In this document: positions 1 through 8,049 of the stretch, one piece after another
How the letters are laid out: the number at the start of each line of letters is the position of its first letter
Position numbering within the stretch: the first letter of the stretch is position 1
NCBI GenBank assembly: GCA_902778125.1
Contig: CACYWH010000012.1
Location: forward strand, 1-60,047
From: an uncultured Erysipelotrichaceae bacterium
GTDB lineage: Bacteria > Bacillota_I > Bacilli_A > RF39 > UBA660
Direction: 5' to 3'
Length of the DNA stretch: 60,047 nucleotides
The notes under the pieces: generated by a model
Told to the model about the DNA's origin: nothing
Seen by the model: the letters and a program-made list of their open reading frames with translations, nothing else
Databases searched by the model: none
Translations under genes and position numbers: made by a program

Positions 1-540
1 TATTTCTTCCTGAGTAAATATATGTGCTGGATCTCCACATACTACTTCATATCTTGGAATATGTACTTTTTCAGCAGGATTTTCATTTATAAAATTAACC
101 GAATAACATGCATATCTTAATGAACCTTTAACTACTTTCATAATGTTTTTTAAATACCATTTAGATAAATTCTTTTCTACAAATATTTTATTAATAAATT
201 CTTGTAACATTTGAGAATCAATTTGCCATAGTGCATATCTTCCTAACATAGGTTTTAAGTATAGCTTAATAATATTTAAATATGTAACAATAGTTGAATA
301 TTTTAAATTAAAATTACAATAAGTATCAATCCAGTAATCTAAATAATCTGAATATGACATATCTTTATTTTTTCTTACTCTTCCTATCTTATAATATTCT
401 GTATAATCTAATGCACCTTGATTTAATGCATCTTGTCTTGTTGGAAATCCTGATTTAGATATCCATTTTCTTGTGCCATCAACTGAAGCTGTTTCAAATC
501 GGTATTCATATACCTTTCCACGTTTTCTTACGCTTACCAT
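1..540 (-). CDS. Tyrosine recombinase/integrase, N-terminal part (runs off the window start); absent from the ORF track
   Basis: Hand translation from ATG at 540 (RBS AAGGAG): MVSVRKRGKVYEYRFETASVDGTRKWISKSGF...YSDYLDYW...NPAEKVHIPR. Open to base 1 and clearly paralogous to the 7346..7885 integrase N-terminus (arm-binding and core-binding regions). Confidence 0.9.
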   Translation of the reverse strand, partial: MVSVRKRGKVYEYRFETASVDGTRKWISKSGFPTRQDALNQGALDYTEYYKIGRVRKNKDMSYSDYLDYWIDTYCNFNLKYSTIVTYLNIIKLYLKPMLGRYALWQIDSQMLQEFINKIFVEKNLSKWYLKNIMKVVKGSLRYACYSVNFINENPAEKVHIPRYEVVCGDPAHIFTQEEI

Positions 541-578
541 TTTTATACTCTCCTTTTCTAAAATTGGTTCTTTATAAA

Positions 579-697
579 TTGTCCACAAAACGTGTACTAA
601 ATTTCAAAGCATTTTTTGTCCTGTTGTCCACAATTTTAAATTTACGTGGACAAAATGTGGACAAACGGCAATTTTCGGTCAATTTTTACGTGGACAA
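579..697. repeat. Cluster of TTGTCCAC/GTGGACAA repeats, probable arm-type integrase binding sites of element 3
   Basis: TTGTCCACA at 579-587 and 624-632, TTGTCC at 616-621, GTGGACAA at 646-653, 657-664 and 690-697, lying between a secA-tail copy and the integrase start. Confidence 0.6.
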
Positions 698-724
698 AAT
701 CCTCGCAAACCCTTATATTTCCTA

Positions 725-769
725 CTACTTACCACAGCATTGTTTGTATTTTTTCCCTGAGCCACATGG
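725..769 (-). repeat. Displaced, recoded copy of the secA 3' end (PCGSGKKYKQCCGK*); att junction
   Basis: Minus strand reads CCA TGT GGC TCA GGG AAA AAA TAC AAA CAA TGC TGT GGT AAG TAG, matching the secA SEC-C tail at 8050-8094 at the protein level. Similarity stops upstream of the CATGTGG core. Confidence 0.9.
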
Positions 770-926
770 TAAAATATTAAAACAACCATGTAATTTTTTC
801 CTTTTAAGTTGGTATTTTTTATTTTAAATTTATAATTTTTTATTCGCTTATTGTAAGTTTTTTTCGTAGAACTTATCTAATAGCTTATCTAAAAAAATCC
901 AATTAAATAAATCAAAATATTGCGAA

Positions 927-1658
927 CTATTTATTATCACTAATCATTTTCTTTTTAAATGTAATAATTGACAAGAAAATAACTGTTATGAAATAAATTA
1001 AAAATACTATTATATGAAGAAGTGTTAAATTACTAAAATCATTATGTAACGTTCCTTGAATTATAGTTAAACACGCTTCAAATGGTAATGATTTACATAT
1101 AACTTCAAATACTCCACCCATTACTTCTTTAGGAAAATACATGCCACTTGTAAAGCATACTAATTGAACAACTATACTTCCTAATCCACCTGTTCCTTTT
1201 TCACTAACTAAACTACCTATTAATATACCTAATGATATAAAGAAAATAGAAATAATCATTGATACTAATATAGTTGGTATTATACTAATTGTAAATTCTA
1301 ACCCCATAGCAATTGCAGTTATAAAGAATAAAACATTTTGAATTAGTACTATAGGTAGTAATGATAATATATATCCTAAAATATAATCACTTGATTTCAT
1401 TGGAGAAGTTCCAAGTCTAATTAATAACGAAGAAGTTCTATCCTTTGCAATTAATGTAGCAGTAAACATTGTAATAAATGAAAATCCAAATAGAATTATA
1501 GACGGTGTGAAGTTTTCTAATCTATAATTTTCTGCAGGAATATTAAATTGTTGAAATATAAATAATAAGAATAATGGTAATACAATTTCGAAAATTAAGC
1601 TTAATGGATCTCTTATTAATTCTTTAAAATTTCTTTTAGCAAAATTAATCATTCTCAT
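927..1658 (-). CDS. ABC-2 type exporter permease
   Basis: About six hydrophobic segments, RNFKELIRDP N-terminus and SGMYFP motif typical of ABC-2 permeases; overlaps the ATPase stop. Confidence 0.9.
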   Translation of the reverse strand: MRMINFAKRNFKELIRDPLSLIFEIVLPLFLLFIFQQFNIPAENYRLENFTPSIILFGFSFITMFTATLIAKDRTSSLLIRLGTSPMKSSDYILGYILSLLPIVLIQNVLFFITAIAMGLEFTISIIPTILVSMIISIFFISLGILIGSLVSEKGTGGLGSIVVQLVCFTSGMYFPKEVMGGVFEVICKSLPFEACLTIIQGTLHNDFSNLTLLHIIVFLIYFITVIFLSIITFKKKMISDNK

Positions 1659-2380
1659 TATAATTCACCTCCAGTTGCAATAGATACAAAAGCATCTTCA
1701 AAGTTTTTAGCTTTAGTCTTTTTTATTAACTCCTGTGAAGTTCCAATATCTATTAACTTACCATTTGCCATTATGCCGATTCTATCTGATAAACTTTCTG
1801 CTTCTTCCATATAATGAGTTGTTAAAATAATTGTTATTTTACCCTTTAATGAATTAATAATTTTCCATAGTTCTTTTCTTGCTATAACATCTAATCCTAA
1901 TGTTGGTTCATCTAAAAATAATATTTTTGGATCATTTATCAAACTTATTGCAATAGATACTTTTCTTTGCCATCCACCAGATAGAGTTTTTGATTTTTTG
2001 TTTAAAACTTCATCAAGTTTAAATTGTTTAATAAGTTCATCAATCTTTTTTTCTTTATCTTTTATTTGATATACCCCAGCCATAAATTCCAAATTTTCTT
2101 TTACTGTTAAATTTGGAGCAATGGCAGTTTCTTGTGGTGATACATTTAAGATTTCTTTTATTTTAAATACGTCTTTTTTCATATTCATATTTTCTATTAT
2201 TATCTCACCAGAAGTTGGAAGTATTAAACCCGATAACATCTTAATTGTAGTTGTTTTTCCAGCTCCATTTACTCCTAAAAGTGCAAATAGTTCTCCTTGT
2301 TTAATATTTAAATCTATTTCATTTACTGCAATTTTATCTTTAAACTTTTTAGTTAATTTCTTTGTTTCAATAGAATACAT
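1658..2380 (-). CDS. ABC exporter ATP-binding protein (DrrA/multidrug-like)
   Basis: Walker A GVNGAGKT, signature LSGG, Walker B LFLDEPT, H-loop TTHYMEEAE. Confidence 0.95.
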   Translation of the reverse strand: MYSIETKKLTKKFKDKIAVNEIDLNIKQGELFALLGVNGAGKTTTIKMLSGLILPTSGEIIIENMNMKKDVFKIKEILNVSPQETAIAPNLTVKENLEFMAGVYQIKDKEKKIDELIKQFKLDEVLNKKSKTLSGGWQRKVSIAISLINDPKILFLDEPTLGLDVIARKELWKIINSLKGKITIILTTHYMEEAESLSDRIGIMANGKLIDIGTSQELIKKTKAKNFEDAFVSIATGGEL

Positions 2381-2381
2381 A

Positions 2382-2510
2382 TTATTTATTATCTGGCATT
2401 ATTTTATCCATAGTATCTTCTAATACTTCAGATTTAACAATAGCCATTCCTTTCTTTACTATTTGTCCTTTTTCTCCAACTTTAGCAATACCTACAAACT
2501 TATCTTTCAT
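2382..2510 (-). pseudogene. AbrB/MazE-family regulator with probable internal in-frame deletion (42 aa); absent from the ORF track
   Basis: MKDKFVGIAKVGEKGQIV-KKGMAIVKSEVLEDTMDKIMPDNK*, GGAGG RBS. The KVGEKGQIV motif is AbrB-like but the usual following IPKxxR...GD segment is missing. Confidence 0.7.
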
Positions 2511-2523
2511 ATATGCCTCCTTC

Positions 2524-2582
2524 AAGTATAACTAATTATACTTTTCATACTTAATTATACACTTATTATTCTTAAAAGTAAA
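2524..2582 (-). promoter_or_regulatory. SigA-like promoter with a downstream palindromic operator for the abrB-ABC operon
   Basis: -35 TTTACT (2577-2582), 17 bp, -10 TATAAT (2554-2559); inverted repeat AAGTATAA-4-TTATACTT at 2524-2543. Confidence 0.5.
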
Positions 2583-2710
2583 CACATTATGAGATTGTAA
2601 TATATTTATTTTACAATCCAAAAAAAATGTTCCAAATTGATAAAAAAACTTATCTAAAACTTATCTAGAAGCCTTTTTTTATGAAAAATTACTTAAAAAT
2701 TGTAAGTAGC

Positions 2711-2752
2711 AAAAAGCTCGCAAGCCCTTTATTTATAAGGCTTTGCGAGCTT
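2711..2752 (-). terminator. Rho-independent terminator directly after the secA-tail copy
   Basis: Minus strand GCTCGCAAAGCC-loop-GGGCTTGCGAGC followed by TTTTT. Confidence 0.7.
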
Positions 2753-2795
2753 ATTTACCACAACACTGTTTATACTTGCGTCCACTCCCACATGC
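2751..2795 (-). repeat. Displaced, recoded copy of the secA 3' end (ACGSGRKYKQCCGK*); att junction
   Basis: Minus strand reads GCA TGT GGG AGT GGA CGC AAG TAT AAA CAG TGT TGT GGT AAA TAA, the same peptide as the secA tail from the Cys onward with different codons. Confidence 0.9.
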
Positions 2796-3085
2796 TCATG
2801 CACTTTTAGTATATATAGTACATATAGTATTATCGTTATTATTGTTATTTCAAGCATTTGTGGATTTGGTAATATTTAGTACATATAATTTTTTGGAAAC
2901 AAAATGGAAACATTGTTTTCATTCGTTCACTAACCTATATCATTAATTTATTAATGTTATGGCCAAAGAATTAATTTCTCTCACCTATATAAATAATATC
3001 ATAAATATGTTAAAAGGACAAGAAAGATAACATAAAAAGGCAGATTATCATCCACCTTTATTTCGGAATGTCTTAATCTTCCAAT

Positions 3086-4015
3086 CTAATCTATTTTTAA
3101 TTTAAATGAATACCAAGCAGTTCCACGATCACATATTGTATCAATTAACACTACATATTCCCCTTTTAAATTAGGAACTGTAAAATTATTTTTTTCATAA
3201 GTAATAGGAATATCTACTTTTTCATATTTTGAATCATAAAAGGTAATTCTAGTTATAGTTAAATCACTAGAGGAATCTAGAGCAATAATATCCTCTTTAT
3301 TACTTGGCAAATATTCATCATAATTAATATCTTCTAAAGGAATTGACAAGCCACATGAACTTGCTTTATCTTCTCCTTTAGTATCAGTAATACAATATGA
3401 GCCAATTTGTGTAAGAGTTCTATCTTTACCATTAATTACCCACAAATTTCTTGGTGTTGGATTAAATACTTCAACATCCCAAGTAAATAGCCAAAAGCCA
3501 AATTTAATATTAATACTATTACTTAATGGCTCATTAGGTGAAATTCTTACTTCTTTTTTCATTTTATAACCAAATCCCAAATAAGTATAATTATTTCCAT
3601 TTTCACGAATTGGTATCATAAACAATGGATTTTCATTATGCCTTACACGATTATAATCAGTCCAAAATGTATAAATAAAGAACAATAGCAGGAAAGCAAC
3701 TACAGATATAATTATAATTCTTTTAATTTTTTTAATTCTATTTGTAGAATATTTTATTGTATTATTTAATACTTCATCAGTTTTTTCTTTTAATTCACTT
3801 TCTTTTATTCTTTCACCACTCAATAATTCATTTAAGGATATATCAAGTATTTCACATAGCGGTTTATAAAAGACTATATCTGGCATTCTTCTACCATTTT
3901 CCCAGTTACCAATAGCTCGATCTGTTACATTTAATTTATCTGCAAGTTCTTGTTGTGTCATCTTTTTTTCTTTACGAATTTTAGCAATAAATTTTCCAAT
4001 TTTTTCTTGATTCAT
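3086..4015 (-). CDS. Membrane-anchored XRE-family HTH regulator with extracellular C-terminal domains
   Basis: TQQELADKLNVTDRAIGNWENG HTH, one TM helix around aa 100-118, then a ~190-aa soluble region. Confidence 0.85.
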   Translation of the reverse strand: MNQEKIGKFIAKIRKEKKMTQQELADKLNVTDRAIGNWENGRRMPDIVFYKPLCEILDISLNELLSGERIKESELKEKTDEVLNNTIKYSTNRIKKIKRIIIISVVAFLLLFFIYTFWTDYNRVRHNENPLFMIPIRENGNNYTYLGFGYKMKKEVRISPNEPLSNSINIKFGFWLFTWDVEVFNPTPRNLWVINGKDRTLTQIGSYCITDTKGEDKASSCGLSIPLEDINYDEYLPSNKEDIIALDSSSDLTITRITFYDSKYEKVDIPITYEKNNFTVPNLKGEYVVLIDTICDRGTAWYSFKLKID

Positions 4016-4154
4016 AGTTTTTGCTCCTTTCGTATTTAATTATAGATTGCATTTCTAAAAAAGTATCCAAACAATCCGTAGGGTTTCATATATCTATATT
4101 TTATCACAAAAAAAGAGAATTCTTTAATTCTCCTAATAACCATTATTTGAATAG

Positions 4155-4877
4155 TTATTTTTCATATAACAATACTGATTTATTTATATATTCATCTAGT
4201 TGCTTTTTTGATATGTTTTTAATATTATTTATATTTGAATCAATATAATATATTTTTATTTTCTTAATCTCTTTGTCGTTGATAGTTATGGGATAGTATC
4301 TATAACTATTTCCGTTATAAATAGATTTCTTAACTATTTCATTATAAGAACATTTAGAATTCAAAAATATAATCTCATAATCATTATCATCCATTATAGA
4401 GTATTGATTAATGTTGCCACTATAGACGGTACATAAATCTTTTGTGGTAAAAAATAATTGATTATCTCTTTCTTCAACATACATCCTATTTTCATCATAG
4501 TTTAAAATTACTTTATGATTTCCAACAAGTATTAATGTTAAAACAACAATAACTATTATTGATACTAAAACAATAATTGTTCTTCTTATTCGTGTAATTT
4601 TAGTATTTACATTTGATATAACGGAAAAAACATTTTCTTCTAACTTTTCTTGGTATGAATTTTTTTCTACCTTTTCACCACTTAACAAATCATTTATTGT
4701 AATATTTAATTCATTACACAACGGTTTAAAAAAAGATACATCAGGAAAATTCTTACCATTTTCCCAATTTGATATAGCTCTATCTGTTACACCTAATTTT
4801 TCAGCTAATTCACTTTGAGTAATTTTATTATCTTTACGACATTTAGCTATAAACTTTCCTATTTTAATTTGATCCAT
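4155..4877 (-). CDS. Membrane-anchored XRE-family HTH regulator
   Basis: TQSELAEKLGVTDRAISNWENG HTH, TM helix IIVLVSIIVIVVLTLILV, unrelated C-terminal domain. Confidence 0.85.
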   Translation of the reverse strand: MDQIKIGKFIAKCRKDNKITQSELAEKLGVTDRAISNWENGKNFPDVSFFKPLCNELNITINDLLSGEKVEKNSYQEKLEENVFSVISNVNTKITRIRRTIIVLVSIIVIVVLTLILVGNHKVILNYDENRMYVEERDNQLFFTTKDLCTVYSGNINQYSIMDDNDYEIIFLNSKCSYNEIVKKSIYNGNSYRYYPITINDKEIKKIKIYYIDSNINNIKNISKKQLDEYINKSVLLYEK

Positions 4878-5021
4878 TTTATTTCTCCTTTCTAGATTTA
4901 GAATACTATGGCTTATAAAAAAATAACACGAAGTGTTGCTTGAGTTTTTAATATTATTATTTTATCACAAAAAAAGCAGATTTTTTTCATCTGCTTGATT
5001 ATTAATTTTATAAGAATTCTA

Positions 5022-5342
5022 CTATGAAACCCATGACCACAGTCTTATTCCATAGAATAAATAAAATTCTTTCCCCATAACCTTAACCATTTTATTATCG
5101 TCTGAAGAATCTTCTGACATATAATACTTTACTTTTATTTTATAGCCAAGGCTAAAATATTCAAAATCTATTTCTTCACCAGGTTCTAAACATGATATAC
5201 AATATTTTGTCCTATCCAAAACTATTAATGGTTTACTACTATCATTAATTTTTAATCTTATACTTTCTTCTGTAATAAATAAAGCAAATATTCCTATAAT
5301 TACTATTAATATTATTCTTATTATTTTAAATACTTTCTTCAT
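5022..5342 (-). CDS. Small N-terminally anchored exported protein (paralog of 24832..25161)
   Basis: Basic N-terminus plus hydrophobic helix; the EESIRL...PLIVLD...C and SLGY...EFYLF...LW pattern is shared with 24832..25161. Confidence 0.75.
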   Translation of the reverse strand: MKKVFKIIRIILIVIIGIFALFITEESIRLKINDSSKPLIVLDRTKYCISCLEPGEEIDFEYFSLGYKIKVKYYMSEDSSDDNKMVKVMGKEFYLFYGIRLWSWVS

Positions 5343-5353
5343 CTAAACACCTT

Positions 5354-6529
5354 TTATTTCTTTATTAATACATCAGGATAGTCATCAGCAATTTTATCAG
5401 CTGATATTAAATTGGTTTCTAATGCAGACTTAAGAGTCATAACCTTATTATCAATCATAAACTTAATCATTACTTTATCACTCTTAATGCAATTTAAATA
5501 GTATTTATGTCCATTATTTTCATAGATTTGTTCTAATGCTGTATCACAAGTTTCGCCTGGATCAGAATAGTCTAAAATGCTATAAAAAATATAATCTGTT
5601 TCATTCTCAATTATTTTTCTCAAATCTGTTCCATTTGATATTGAATAATAACAACTATTTATACTTTCTGGTAGAATTCTCTTTCCATCACCCCATACTT
5701 GTATCGTGTCAATTAGTTTTTTATCATCATACATTTTAAACTCAAATCCATGTCCATCACTTAAACAATATTCACCATATCTGTTGGCACTTGATATTGC
5801 ATTTAATATTTCCTTTATTTTATTCGAATCTTTTATTACACCTAATTCTTTATCACCAGCATTAATTATTATTTTATTAGTTTTATCTATTTTTTTAATA
5901 ATATTGGATGGTATAGATTTACTTTGTTTTTCACTATTATTAGTTACACATTTATTAGTTAAGTCTTCCATATCAATATCGTTATTTTCAGTATGAACAT
6001 AAATAATAGGAATTACTGGGCTTGAGAATGTTTGGTATGTAGTAAACCTTTTACTAAAGTATTCATCAAAAACATTCATTACTTCTGATTCATAAGTTCC
6101 ATTTTTAGGGAAAATAATAAAATACATATTGTCTTTATGTTTACTAGCATATTTACCTTTAAATATATCAATTTTATCTTTATTAACATTTTTTATTTCA
6201 GATAATTGTATTTCAATTAAATCATCTTGTTCTGTTACTAAATATCCACCTAATTCATTTTCTAAACAAGATACAAGTTTATTCATGTCTTGTTCTGCTT
6301 CAACATAGGTATTTATTTCTCCGGCAACATGAAATCCTAGTATTTTAAGTTCCCATCCGTCTTCATATCCAGTTGATGAGGTCTGACTTATTCTGTGTAT
6401 TTTAGTATATTTATATAAAACAGCTTTATATTCTGTAGATCCTCCATCCCATAATCTGTCTTTAATTGGAATAAGCATTAAGATAAAAATTGCAATTATA
6501 ACAATAATAATTATTTTTTTCTTTTTCAT
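5354..6529 (-). CDS. Exported or membrane-anchored multi-domain hypothetical protein
   Basis: 391-aa ORF with GGAGG RBS, KKKK plus hydrophobic anchor, DGGSTEY motif and several Cys residues. Confidence 0.8.
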   Translation of the reverse strand: MKKKKIIIIVIIAIFILMLIPIKDRLWDGGSTEYKAVLYKYTKIHRISQTSSTGYEDGWELKILGFHVAGEINTYVEAEQDMNKLVSCLENELGGYLVTEQDDLIEIQLSEIKNVNKDKIDIFKGKYASKHKDNMYFIIFPKNGTYESEVMNVFDEYFSKRFTTYQTFSSPVIPIIYVHTENNDIDMEDLTNKCVTNNSEKQSKSIPSNIIKKIDKTNKIIINAGDKELGVIKDSNKIKEILNAISSANRYGEYCLSDGHGFEFKMYDDKKLIDTIQVWGDGKRILPESINSCYYSISNGTDLRKIIENETDYIFYSILDYSDPGETCDTALEQIYENNGHKYYLNCIKSDKVMIKFMIDNKVMTLKSALETNLISADKIADDYPDVLIKK

Positions 6530-6653
6530 AGTTCCTCCTATATCTTTATTATACTACATAATTATTAAATATTATCATCAACTTAAATTATCGTAATATT
6601 ACTATTTTCTGATGTTAGTAAAAGCATCTATTTTCCGAACAACTATTTTCATA

Positions 6654-7885
6654 TTATCTTTTATTTACGAGATTGATTGTCTTATCAAATAATTCAACTA
6701 CCTTTTTTTTATCATTGTTATTACTTGTTATATAATATCTTTCAGTAGTTTCTATTCTTTTATGTCCTAATACTTCAGCTATATCTTTTATTTCACAACC
6801 ATTTCTTAAACTAATTGTTGCGAAACTTCCTCTTAGATCATAAAATCTACAATTTAAACCTAGCTCGTGATGAATTATTTTAAATGGATATTTTGATATA
6901 TCTGTCCCTGAATATGTTCCATTTTTTCTAGTAAAAACCATATTTGCATTATTACATTTTGATTTACCTTCAGCTATTTTATATTCAACTATTTTTCCGT
7001 ATTTATTCTTTATTGTTTTTAAATAATATGCTTTATACTTTTTTCCATAATACTTTTTATTTTTATTTTGCAATTCTTTATAATCACATAACAATCTATA
7101 TAAAGAATCACATATGTATACTTCTCTTAAACTACCTTCAGTTTTGGTAGTTCCTAAATACCATCTGCCATTATTATCTTTATCTTTTGCATATACTGTT
7201 TTATTTATTTTAATAATTCTTTTTTCTAAATCTATATCATTCCAAGTAAGAGCAAATACCTCACCAGTTCGCATTCCTGTATAACATGATAGTAAAAATG
7301 AACATATAAATACCTTGTTTTTCTTAAATCTTTCTAAAATAACACTTATTTCTTCACTTGTATATACATGTCTTGCATCGTTTTTTTTGACTCAAAACTT
7401 AATACTCTAGGTATAGATAATTCGGCTGCTGGATTATACTTAATAAATCCAAAATAATATGTTGCATCTCTTAAAGAACTTTTAATAACTTTTTGATAAT
7501 TTCTAAGGGCTTCCTTTGTTGATGATTTTTGTGCTAATTTTAGAACTGCCTGATTCAATATATAAGATGTTATACTGTGAAGTTTATACTTTCCAAGCAC
7601 TTCTTTTAAACTACCAAAAGTTTCTGAATATCTTCTTGCAGTTGTATATTTATAATTAATCTTAAAATAGTTTTCCATCCAATAATCTAAATAATCCGCA
7701 TATAACATGTTTGCTTTATTATTAATTCCTCCGTGAACATAATCATCATAAGCCATTTGACCTGCAATATATGCTTCTTTCTTTGTTTTAAAACCTGACT
7801 TATTCATAAATTTCCTTTTACCATTTATTCTTCCAATTTCAAATTGAAATTGATATACTTTACCCCTTTTTCTGACATTTATCAT
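6654..7885 (-). pseudogene. Tyrosine integrase split by a frameshift at an A8 run (7381-7388)
   Basis: ORF 7346..7885 encodes the arm/core domains and ORF 6654..7274 the catalytic domain (GMRTGE, YDLR, LGH, TTERYY). One extra A in the run gives a continuous ...SKKNDARHVYTSEEI...YTGMRTGE frame. Confidence 0.85.
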
Positions 7886-8049
7886 TTTATCATTCCTTTC
7901 TATTATATTATTACATATTTTTAATCAAAGAAAAAATGTTTGCACATTTTTTTACAAACATTTCCTTATTTTACTAGTATTTTTATTTTTTTTGCAAACA
8001 AATTATAAATTGGATAACTTTCTAAAATCTCTCAAAGCCTTATATTTTC

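Larger units (their letters stand above)
769..2794 (-). mobile_element. Integrase-less ~2.0-kb integrative cassette (element 2) in the secA 3' array
   Basis: Bounded by CCACATG cores at 762-768 and 2788-2794. Paired CTTATCTA repeats sit near both ends (872-879, 884-891; 2649-2656, 2660-2667). Cargo is an AbrB remnant plus an ABC-2 exporter. Confidence 0.75.

Noticed and set aside
579-697. TTGTCCACA cluster as DnaA boxes or a replication origin
   Set aside because: One mismatch from TTATCCACA, but there is no dnaA/dnaN nearby and the cluster lies between an att core and an integrase, where the neighbouring elements have their own different repeats. DnaA binding is not strictly excluded.
471-827. 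Plus-strand ORFs 471..827 and 2743..2946 share a YLPQHCLY..P.PH motif, suggesting a peptide family
   Set aside because: The shared motif is simply the antisense reading of the secA-tail copies; neither ORF has a convincing RBS, and the first overlaps the integrase start.
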